A DNA stretch of 62,263 nucleotides from Candidatus Enterousia sp. (GTDB lineage Bacteria; Pseudomonadota; Alphaproteobacteria; Rs-D84), in the NCBI GenBank assembly GCA_045649345.1, contig JAZRPS010000011.1:1-62263 (forward strand), written 5' to 3'. Position numbers and translations under genes: made by a program. Within the stretch, counting starts at the first letter, position 1. Every line of letters starts with the position of its first letter. Shown in pieces: positions 1-7,688 of the stretch. The notes beneath the pieces were generated by a model that worked only from the letters and a program-made list of their open reading frames with translations, ran no database searches and was not told the origin of the DNA.

Positions 1-21
1 CATCAGACCACAAAAGGGTTG

Positions 22-57
22 AAAACCACGTTCTCCACTCATGACGTGGTTTTTTTA
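22..57 (+). terminator. Intrinsic terminator-like hairpin for a gene that ends upstream of the window
   Basis: CCACGT (26-31) pairs with ACGTGG (44-49) and is followed directly by a T-run. Confidence 0.5.
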
Positions 58-201
58 TTTGTGTTTATCTCATTCAAACTATGCCATTGTTATATTTAAC
101 CGCGGGGATGGATAACAATTCACACGCTTTGATTTATTAAATGTTGTTGTGTCCAAGCCACTGTTTAACGGCATTCTTGACGGGCTGATGGATTTAGCGT
201 A

Positions 202-672
202 TTAATTTCCTTTTAAAATACGGGATTTATTTTTATTCCATTCGCGTTGTTTGATTGTTTCGCGTTTGTCGACCTTGTTTTTGCCATAACCAACACCCAA
301 CAAGACTTTTAATTTTCCGCGATTATTAAAGTATAATTTTAATGGCACAATCGTTGCGCCTTTTTCTTGCAGTTTTCCAATTAGACGATTGATTTGACTG
401 CGGTGCAATAGTAGTTGGCGACTGCGCCTTTCGTCAAAGTTCACAATGCGTGCCGCCGTTGGTAATTTTTGAATTTCAACACCAGCCAAAAACAAGTTAT
501 CACCACGACGTTGAACAAAGCCATCAACAATTGTCACCAGCCCATATCGAATTGATTTTATTTCTGCGCCGGTCAAAGAAATGCCAGCCTCTATCGTGTC
601 TTCGATAGAATAGTTAAACCGCGCCTTGCGATTTTCTGAAACCTGACCTGATTTAATTAATTGACGTGACAT
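202..672 (-). CDS. smpB: SsrA-binding protein SmpB
   Basis: 156-aa ORF. NRKARFNYSIEDTIEAGISLTGAEIKS and LLLHRSQINRL segments and a basic C-terminal tail are typical of SmpB. Confidence 0.9.
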   Translation of the reverse strand: MSRQLIKSGQVSENRKARFNYSIEDTIEAGISLTGAEIKSIRYGLVTIVDGFVQRRGDNLFLAGVEIQKLPTAARIVNFDERRSRQLLLHRSQINRLIGKLQEKGATIVPLKLYFNNRGKLKVLLGVGYGKNKVDKRETIKQREWNKNKSRILKGN

Positions 673-1418
673 TTCGGATATAATCTCTTTACATTTTCAG
701 TCAGTATAGATTCCAACTGACCCAGTTGCAAGTCTTTAATTTGTGCCAATACGCGTGCAGTTTCAATTATCATCGCAGGTTCGCATGTTTTTCCACGATA
801 TGGTACCGGCGCGCAGTATGGTGCATCTGTTTCTATGACAATTCTGTCGTTTGGAATTTTTGTAAATGTTTCACGAATTTCAGATGCGTTTTTAAATGTT
901 AAAATACCGCTGGCAGAAAAAAAGAATCCGCGATCTAACATTTTTTTTGCCAAATCCCATGAACTGGTATAACAGTGCATAACGCCACGTACATCGCCGG
1001 TCAATATGCTGGCGGTGTCTTCTTCGGCGTCGCGTGTATGAATCGCAACGGGCAGGGCGTATTTTTTTGCAATGTCTAATTGTTGTTCAAACAGTTCGAT
1101 TTGTTGTTTTTTATTGTCTGAATTATAATGATAATCCAATCCGATTTCACCAATGCCTACAACCTTTGGGTGTTTTAATACATTATCAATCAGATGTTCG
1201 TATGCGTTCATGGGTGCATATTCTGGGTGAATTCCAATTGTGCAATAAATATTATCGTGCCTGTCTGCCAATCTGATTGCTTTTGGAATATCATTTGAAT
1301 CTGCTGTTGGGCAAATCATAATACCAACACCTGCGTCAACTGCGCGTGTGATAACATCAATGCTGTCGCCGTCAGAACAATAATCGTCTGTTAAATGACA
1401 ATGTGTATCTATAAACAT
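657..1418 (-). CDS. TatD-family metal-dependent hydrolase
   Basis: MFIDTHCHL start, GEIGLDYHY and IETDAPY motifs characteristic of TatD/YcfH hydrolases. 16-bp overlap with smpB. Confidence 0.85.
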   Translation of the reverse strand: MFIDTHCHLTDDYCSDGDSIDVITRAVDAGVGIMICPTADSNDIPKAIRLADRHDNIYCTIGIHPEYAPMNAYEHLIDNVLKHPKVVGIGEIGLDYHYNSDNKKQQIELFEQQLDIAKKYALPVAIHTRDAEEDTASILTGDVRGVMHCYTSSWDLAKKMLDRGFFFSASGILTFKNASEIRETFTKIPNDRIVIETDAPYCAPVPYRGKTCEPAMIIETARVLAQIKDLQLGQLESILTENVKRLYPKCHVN

Positions 1419-2314
1419 TTCTTTATTTCCATAATTATCTTAAAAATACCAATTTCAGGTTCTAAATATATATTCTTTATATCTGCAATGGCGTGTGTTG
1501 CACGCGGATATAAATCAGCCAACCCGAAATGCGCAATCGCATCCAGTAATATTCCATGTAATTCTGGTGTTGGCGCAATCTTTTTTGCCAACGTCATAAC
1601 ATCGCCAGTATTTGAATGTTCGTTGTTTAACAAATCTAACAATTCTGCATAGATTGCATCACCACCGGATTTTTTTAGGTTCGCAATGCGTCCAAAACTG
1701 CCGTTTGATAATCTTAGTGTTTCTGTACTAATATCTTCGTCTGGAATAAATTTTACACACAATTCGCGCAGTTGTGATATTGTCAATGGGCGCATTTTTT
1801 CGACACGCGCGCGTGAACGTACCGTTGGCAATACGTTTGCCAATTGATGCACGACCAACAAGAATAATGTCTTGGCAGGCGGTTCTTCTAATAATTTCAA
1901 TATTGCATTTGATGCAGCGGTATTTAGTTGATCAACAGAATCAATCAATATTACACGCCATTCGCCAGACATTGATGACATCTGCATTTTATCAATCATT
2001 GCGCGTACGGTATAGACTGAAATAACCTTGCCGTCTGTTTTGGGTTTTCCGTGTTGGTCAATATTTCTGTCCATATCAACAATAAAGAAATCACCAACAT
2101 TGCCATAAACCATTTTTGCAATCTTATATGCCAATGTTGCCTTGCCGATACCCATTGGACCGGTCAGCATCCAGACCGGGTGAACGGGGTGTGTGTCACG
2201 ATTATTCCATGCATCCATAAAGTTTCGCAATGTATCACCATGCCCCACCAAATGTTCGTTATCCATCGGATGTGGAAAATTGTATTCAGAAGTTGCCTTT
2301 TTACGTGGTGCCAT
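1409..2314 (-). CDS. holB: DNA polymerase III subunit delta-prime
   Basis: AAA-like GPMGIGKATLA, LKLLEEPP and TVRSRA motifs. Length 301 aa. Confidence 0.8.
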   Translation of the reverse strand: MAPRKKATSEYNFPHPMDNEHLVGHGDTLRNFMDAWNNRDTHPVHPVWMLTGPMGIGKATLAYKIAKMVYGNVGDFFIVDMDRNIDQHGKPKTDGKVISVYTVRAMIDKMQMSSMSGEWRVILIDSVDQLNTAASNAILKLLEEPPAKTLFLLVVHQLANVLPTVRSRARVEKMRPLTISQLRELCVKFIPDEDISTETLRLSNGSFGRIANLKKSGGDAIYAELLDLLNNEHSNTGDVMTLAKKIAPTPELHGILLDAIAHFGLADLYPRATHAIADIKNIYLEPEIGIFKIIMEIKKCL

Positions 2315-2316
2315 TT

Positions 2317-3489
2317 TTAAAACCCAAACATAACCTTAATATTTTTAATGATACGTCCAACAAACAGGATTTTGCGAACTTTGTTCTTTGCAACCAGTGG
2401 TGTTTGTGCAACAATCCGACCGTTTTGTTCCGCAATCAGTTGTCCAACCACATCGCCTTGTTTAATTGGGGCGGTTAATGGTTCGTTGTATCGTGCCAAT
2501 ACACGTACGCCCTTTAACCCTGTTTCTTTGGGCAGTGTAATTGCAAAAGGTTCTTTGACCGTTGCGACAACCGTTGGATTTTTTCCGTACCACACTGGTA
2601 TTTCTGCAATCGTATCGCCTGGGCGATAGAAAACCTTGTTCATAGTGGTGTTGAATCCGTATTCTAATAGTTTTTTCATTTCTGCTGCCAGTGCATCATG
2701 TCCCTTGCCATTGAATCCATTGATAACCCCAATCAGGCGTCGTCCACCAATTTTGGCACTGGCCACCATGCCATAACCGCCGTCCGCGGTATGACCTGTT
2801 TTTAATCCATCCGCCCCACGCATGTTGAATAACAATTTGTTATAATTCAGTGTATGTGTACGCCCCCATTCGCGACACCAATCTGTCTTATGTTCTTTGA
2901 ATTCGAAACGCTTGGTTGCAAACATTGGATAAATGTCTGGATAATCAGAAATCAAATGTTCTGCTAATATTGCTAATTCACGACTGGTCATCAGATTGTT
3001 TGGGTTGGGCAGTCCACTGGCATTTCCAAATGTTGACTGCATCATACCGATACTGCGTGCTTTCTTTTCCATCATTGCGGTAAAGGCCGCCTCAGACCCG
3101 GCTAATTTTTCTGCCACAACAACAGATGCATCGCCACCCGACAAAACAATCAACCCCAAGATTAAGTCGCGTACAGAAATATCTTGTCCTTCGATCAGGC
3201 AAATTTTGCTGGCTGGATACCATTCTGGATTGTTATAGTCTGCATTTTTTCCGACGGGAAATCTGGTGTCCATTGTTATGTTCCCAGCAGTTATTTCATC
3301 AAATAATACTGCCAATGTCATCAGTTTTATCATCGATGATGGTGGCATTAAAATATCTGCATTTTTTGCAACAATTTCTGCCCTTGAATCATAGTCAATT
3401 AAAAAAGCAGATTTGGCACGTGTTGAAAAATCCGCATGCGCTGCACTGGTTAATAAGATTAAAAATAAGACAAATAATTTCTTTTTCAT
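2317..3489 (-). CDS. D-alanyl-D-alanine carboxypeptidase (PBP5/6, S11 family)
   Basis: Signal peptide MKKKLFVLFLILLTSAAHA, SxxK (SSMIK) and KTG (LKTGHT) motifs. Start moved to the internal Met that begins the signal peptide. Confidence 0.85.
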   Translation of the reverse strand: MKKKLFVLFLILLTSAAHADFSTRAKSAFLIDYDSRAEIVAKNADILMPPSSMIKLMTLAVLFDEITAGNITMDTRFPVGKNADYNNPEWYPASKICLIEGQDISVRDLILGLIVLSGGDASVVVAEKLAGSEAAFTAMMEKKARSIGMMQSTFGNASGLPNPNNLMTSRELAILAEHLISDYPDIYPMFATKRFEFKEHKTDWCREWGRTHTLNYNKLLFNMRGADGLKTGHTADGGYGMVASAKIGGRRLIGVINGFNGKGHDALAAEMKKLLEYGFNTTMNKVFYRPGDTIAEIPVWYGKNPTVVATVKEPFAITLPKETGLKGVRVLARYNEPLTAPIKQGDVVGQLIAEQNGRIVAQTPLVAKNKVRKILFVGRIIKNIKVMFGF

Positions 3490-3502
3490 GTATTCGATGC
3501 TA

Positions 3503-4765
3503 TCAGTTAAAAACCACTTTGCCAACAAAATAATCTTCTGCAATATCTGTCAATTTTATATTACAAATTGTTCGCGATGGAATGGTGTCGCCATCGATTT
3601 TTACAGCAATATCATGTGGACAACGTGCCATATTATTTTCTTCGACCAAGACCTGGACGGTTTTGCCAACTTGCGCGCGCATAAATTCTGTGCGGTTTGT
3701 GTTTGCCATGTCGTTTATAATACGTACGCGTTCTTTGGAAACAGCGCGATTGACTTGGTTTGGCATATCTGATGCGGGTGTTCCTGGGCGTGGCGAAAAA
3801 GGAAACGCATGAATTTTAATTGGTTTTGTTTCGCGCACTAAATCTAAGGTTTCTTGGAACAGTTCTTCTGTTTCGCCTGGAAATCCACATATTATATCCC
3901 AACTGAATGTTATTTCCCCGTTCCCACGTGCAATTAAATCGCGAACAATTTGGGCATTGTGACGACGTCCCATAGACTTTAATATTGTATCAGAACCAGA
4001 TTGCATGGAAAAGTGCATGTGTGGCATCATACGCGGTTCTGATTTTATCATATCTATAATTTTTGCAACGTCTGGTACCGCAGGATCAACAGAAGATAGG
4101 CGCAATCGCTTTATTTCCGGAACGTCGTTTAACAATTTGCGACATAAATCAGACAGCAATATGATTTTTTTGTCAGACTTTTTTACATATGATGCAATGT
4201 CGATGCCGGTAAAAACAATTTCGTTAAAACCGTTTGCGATACCGGTTTGAACGTCTGACAAAATATCTTTGTATTCAAATGATACAGATGGTCCCCGCAA
4301 TGCGCGCGTAATACAATATGCGCAATTGTGATTGCAGCCATTTTGAATTTGTACGAATTGTTTGGATAATTTTGTGTCTGCCTGATTAAAATTTTCAATT
4401 GTTGGTACGGTGTTATTGCATGTTGCCTGATTAAGTCCCACGGCGTATGCATCCAGGTTCAGTTTTTCACGGTTGTGTATGCATACAGTGTTGGGTATTT
4501 GACAGAATAAATCTGGATTTCGTGTCACGGCGCAGCCCGTCACAAATATTGGGGCATTTGGATTTTCGCGTGCGATACGTCTGACAGCCTGCCCGGATTG
4601 ACGTTCGGCCTCTGCGGTGACGGCACAGGTATTGACAACGATTGCGGCTGGTATATGGTTGGATAACATTTTTTGAATTTTTTCTGATTCCAGTGCATTC
4701 AGTCGACACCCAAAAGAAAGTGTTTTTATAGTGTTAGTGTTGTTTTTTTTATTTTCTGCTTGCAT
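3503..4765 (-). CDS. mtaB: Radical-SAM methylthiotransferase, MtaB-like (tRNA t6A37 methylthiolation)
   Basis: N-terminal MTTase domain (FGCRLNALESE), CxxxCxxC radical-SAM cluster (CNHNCAYC), C-terminal TRAM-like segment. Confidence 0.7.
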   Translation of the reverse strand: MQAENKKNNTNTIKTLSFGCRLNALESEKIQKMLSNHIPAAIVVNTCAVTAEAERQSGQAVRRIARENPNAPIFVTGCAVTRNPDLFCQIPNTVCIHNREKLNLDAYAVGLNQATCNNTVPTIENFNQADTKLSKQFVQIQNGCNHNCAYCITRALRGPSVSFEYKDILSDVQTGIANGFNEIVFTGIDIASYVKKSDKKIILLSDLCRKLLNDVPEIKRLRLSSVDPAVPDVAKIIDMIKSEPRMMPHMHFSMQSGSDTILKSMGRRHNAQIVRDLIARGNGEITFSWDIICGFPGETEELFQETLDLVRETKPIKIHAFPFSPRPGTPASDMPNQVNRAVSKERVRIINDMANTNRTEFMRAQVGKTVQVLVEENNMARCPHDIAVKIDGDTIPSRTICNIKLTDIAEDYFVGKVVFN

Positions 4766-4824
4766 TTTGACCGTCCATAAGTCATTATAACCTGACTAAA
4801 AACGATTTCAACAAAGGAATTAAA

Positions 4825-5208
4825 ATGGCACGCACAACAAATTCTGATACATTACCATACGTAGAAAGCCGTTATGAACTGGGCATGTTGGCATCACAAC
4901 GCGTTCGCGACTTAAACGGCGGTGCAGAACCTGTGGTTGACAAGGGCAATGATAAATTGACTGTCGTCGCACTGCGTGAAATTGCCAGTGGAAAACTGGA
5001 CGTTAATGCGGTTCGTCATGAATTTGTTCAGTCTTACAAGGAAAATCCAATTTCTCAATCTGGTGAAGAGTCACTGGAAATCGGCAGTGAAGATCCATTG
5101 TTGCGTGAAATTGATGCGGAATTAGAAGCAACCTTGGCAGATGATGAGCCTGGTACAATTACTGCCGAAGAAGCGGTTGAATCTGCGGAATCCGAAATTG
5201 CAGAATAA
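4825..5208 (+). CDS. rpoZ: DNA-directed RNA polymerase subunit omega
   Basis: MARTTNSD...SRYELGMLASQRVRDL...TVVALREIASGKL core typical of RpoZ, with an acidic C-terminal extension. Confidence 0.85.
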   Translation: MARTTNSDTLPYVESRYELGMLASQRVRDLNGGAEPVVDKGNDKLTVVALREIASGKLDVNAVRHEFVQSYKENPISQSGEESLEIGSEDPLLREIDAELEATLADDEPGTITAEEAVESAESEIAE

Positions 5209-5218
5209 TGTTTTTTTA

Positions 5219-5309
5219 GGAGTCGTCGCATAGTTGGTCTAGTGCGCCACATTGGAAATGTGGTATACTCGCAAGGGTATCAAGGGTTCGAATCCCTTCG
5301 ACTCCGCCA
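5219..5309 (+). tRNA. tRNA-Ser (anticodon GGA), CCA encoded
   Basis: Acceptor GGAGTCG/CGACTCC, anticodon stem CCACA/TGTGG with loop TTGGAAA, long variable arm, T-arm AGGGTTCGAATCCCT, 3' GCCA. Confidence 0.85.
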
Positions 5310-5313
5310 GGAA

Positions 5314-5343
5314 TAAAAAATGCCCCATATGGGGTATTTTTTA
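5314..5343 (+). terminator. Intrinsic terminator after tRNA-Ser
   Basis: CCCCATATGGGG palindrome flanked by an A-run and a T-run. Confidence 0.7.
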
Positions 5344-5563
5344 TTCCTATGTGTGTCGCAGTGTGGACGAAACGCGCGCCAATCAAAATAGAGCCAATTA
5401 AAAATTGTTTTAATTTGTCGTTTTGCACGTGTTTGTAGGTTGTTTATATTATTGCAGATAAATAAAGCAAAATATCAAGTTGTTAAGGTGGTTTTTTTTG
5501 TACTGTTGACTTTTTATTCAATATTCACAATAATGTAAAAAGTTATTAAAGAAGAGGAAAGGT

Positions 5564-6061
5564 ATGCGAAAGTTTTTAATGGCGTTGATTGCCATGTTGC
5601 CGGGTGTTGCAGTTGCGAATCCGGCGTGTCCAGTATGTACGATTGCAGTTGGGGCAGGTCTTGATATTGCGCGTCGTTTGGGTGTGCCAGACAGTATTGT
5701 TGGGCTGTGGGCTGGGGCATTGCTGACATTGTTGGGGTACTGGTTCTTGAAATTTATGGACAAGAAAAACTGGCATTTCCGTGGTCGTGATACGATTGTG
5801 ATTGTGTCATCTGTTGCCATGATTGGGTTTGTTTATTTGGGAACGGTTCAGTATAATCCGGTTGCAATTTGTGGCGCGTTTACAATGGATCCTGTTTTGT
5901 TTGGGACGATTTGCGGTGCGTTGATATTTATTCTGACATCTTGGTTGTATCAATGGATGAAAGAGAAAAATGGTGGACATGCACATTTCCCATTTGAAAA
6001 GGTTGTTTTACCGATTGTTGCATTGGCATTAGCCAGCTGGGCAATGATGATTTGTTTTTAG
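5564..6061 (+). CDS. Hypothetical polytopic membrane protein with a CPVC motif just after the signal sequence
   Basis: Signal-like N-terminus (MRKFLMALIAMLPGVAVA), NPACPVCTIAVGAG, about 4 hydrophobic spans. Possible TTGACT-17-AATAAT promoter at 5506-5534. Confidence 0.55.
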   Translation: MRKFLMALIAMLPGVAVANPACPVCTIAVGAGLDIARRLGVPDSIVGLWAGALLTLLGYWFLKFMDKKNWHFRGRDTIVIVSSVAMIGFVYLGTVQYNPVAICGAFTMDPVLFGTICGALIFILTSWLYQWMKEKNGGHAHFPFEKVVLPIVALALASWAMMICF

Positions 6062-6075
6062 TTAGGAGAAAAGTA

Positions 6076-6621
6076 ATGAAAAAAATTGAAAGTGTTCAGG
6101 AATTCGTTGAAAAATTAGATGCCGCAAAAAAGGTTAATCCAAAGGATTTATCAAGTGACCAAGATTTAACAATTGGTATTATGAATCTGATTTCAATCGA
6201 AGAACATTTGATGTTTTCGGGTGCCAAGACCGGTAAAACAGAATTTTATGACCTGATTAATGAAGTTCGTGAAATGCGTAAAAACGCGATGCTGAAAATC
6301 ATTCCATCATACGAAGGTGAAGTATGGTGTATTTCAAAGCACTTGTTGGCTGCATCAATGCGTGTGTTCGAAGTAGGTACCAAAGCATTGGCCGCCGGTG
6401 ATAAGCAGACTGCATATGATTTGTTTGACCAATCGTATGGACTGTATTCAATGTTCTGGGGGTTGAATATGGGGCTGTTGACGGGCGAAAAAAAAGAATC
6501 AAATTCATCAAAAAAATCGGTTTCCACAAAAACTAAAGACGCCCCAGTCGCCAAAGATTCTGGTAAAGTGTCTAAGTTAAAGAGTTGGGTAAAGAACGCC
6601 GTTAACTGTTGTATCGAATAA
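6076..6621 (+). CDS. Hypothetical protein (helical N-terminal part, Ser/Lys-rich tail)
   Basis: AGGAG RBS at 6064-6068 ahead of ATG 6076. Follows the membrane protein with a 14-bp gap. No family recognised. Confidence 0.5.
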   Translation: MKKIESVQEFVEKLDAAKKVNPKDLSSDQDLTIGIMNLISIEEHLMFSGAKTGKTEFYDLINEVREMRKNAMLKIIPSYEGEVWCISKHLLAASMRVFEVGTKALAAGDKQTAYDLFDQSYGLYSMFWGLNMGLLTGEKKESNSSKKSVSTKTKDAPVAKDSGKVSKLKSWVKNAVNCCIE

Positions 6622-6643
6622 AATTAAATATAATAATTTATCT

Positions 6644-6726
6644 GTGGGCGGTTCCGACAACTCATGTACGTTTTGTACACTATGTTGTCGGAACCCTTCC
6701 ACATCTAAATCATTCTATTTAATTTT
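6644..6726. repeat. Palindromic repeat element, copy A (hairpin plus conserved tail)
   Basis: GGTTCCGACAAC (6650-6661) pairs with GTTGTCGGAACC (6684-6695) around the loop CTCATGTACGTTTTGTACACTAT. Tail ATCTAAATCATTCTATTTAATTTT (6703-6726) is identical to 24116-24139. Confidence 0.8.
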
Positions 6727-6765
6727 AATAAAGAAAAGTCCCGGGGAATTGGGGCTTTGATTGTT

Positions 6766-7308
6766 TTAACTGTTTTGTTTTTGTTGCATGGCGATGTATT
6801 CAGCCAGGCGTTTTGGTTCGACGCCCAAAGATTCTAGTTGTTCTTTTGCTTTTTCATATTTAGATTTGTTGTCTTTGGGAATTATTTTTCCTTTTGCCGC
6901 TTCTTTCAAATCTTTGCTTGGTGCGTATTCAGAAATACGTTCCATATAATCAATTTTATCGCCCAGTTCATATTTGTTTTTTAGGGCGCCGAATACGGCT
7001 TTGAAATTTTTGTCGGTCAGGTTAAAGTTTGCCTCGCCCCCAGGGACGCGAACAACATAAGTGTTTTTTGTTGTATGTTTTATAGATATGTCTTTACCTA
7101 CCTTGAATGATTTGCCGTGCATGCGGTTCCCCAGTTTGTCGTTCATGCGTTGTGGGGCAGGCATATAGTCTTTGTTTTCGCCATAAGTGCTTGACCAACT
7201 GTGATTGCCGTTGTATTTGGAATCTACGCTTTCAATTGTGACCTGATTATTATTATCACGCAGTGCGTTTGTGACATATAATAAAATATCTTCTTTTGAC
7301 ATTGTCAT
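6766..7308 (-). CDS. Hypothetical protein, paralogue of 25454-26011
   Basis: 180-aa ORF. Shares N-terminal KED..L..V.NAL.D.N, central K.GK.SI+ ... R.P.G and C-terminal QL.SLG segments with the 185-aa ORF at 25454-26011. Confidence 0.6.
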   Translation of the reverse strand: MTMSKEDILLYVTNALRDNNNQVTIESVDSKYNGNHSWSSTYGENKDYMPAPQRMNDKLGNRMHGKSFKVGKDISIKHTTKNTYVVRVPGGEANFNLTDKNFKAVFGALKNKYELGDKIDYMERISEYAPSKDLKEAAKGKIIPKDNKSKYEKAKEQLESLGVEPKRLAEYIAMQQKQNS

Positions 7309-7379
7309 TTGTAATCCTTTTTAATTTTATGCTTAATTATATCATGTTTCTGTATTGTTTGAAAGGTTATACTTTATTC

Positions 7380-7407
7380 TTGATTTTTGTTTATGTTCAC
7401 GTATAAT
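7380..7407 (+). promoter_or_regulatory. Sigma70-like promoter for tRNA-Thr
   Basis: TTGATT (7380-7385), 16-nt spacer, TATAAT (7402-7407), 17 nt upstream of the tRNA. Same architecture as 24182-24209. Confidence 0.55.
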
Positions 7408-7424
7408 TGCGAAGAAGTTTCATA

Positions 7425-7498
7425 GCCCTAATAGTCTAGTGGTAAAACACGTCCTTGGTAAGGACGAGTCGCAAGTCCGATTCTTGCTTAGGGCACCA
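7425..7498 (+). tRNA. tRNA-Thr (anticodon GGU), CCA encoded, atypical T-loop
   Basis: Acceptor GCCCTAA/TTAGGGC, anticodon stem CGTCC/GGACG with loop TTGGTAA, T-arm GCAAG-TCCGATT-CTTGC (C where U55 is expected). Confidence 0.75.
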
Positions 7499-7688
7499 GA
7501 AATGCATCATCTGTTTTGCGTTGTGATGATATGACTGACAACCATGGAATAGCGCGGCAGAATATAAAAAGTTATAAATCAGGGTGGCACCGCGCAGCCA
7601 TTTGACTTGCGCCCCTGAAATTTAACATTAATGTGGGTGCCGAAAATCCAAATATTTTTCGTTGCCCGATATAAAAAAGGGACCAAAA

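Noticed and set aside
5216-5428. 70-aa minus-strand ORF overlapping tRNA-Ser
   Set aside because: It is the antisense reading of a well-formed tRNA and its terminator. It has no coding evidence.
7499-7688. Possible small RNA or leader between tRNA-Thr and aspS (hairpin ATCATC...GATGAT at about 7507-7531)
   Set aside because: There is only a weak 6-bp stem with no T-run and no recognisable riboswitch or T-box features. The evidence is insufficient.
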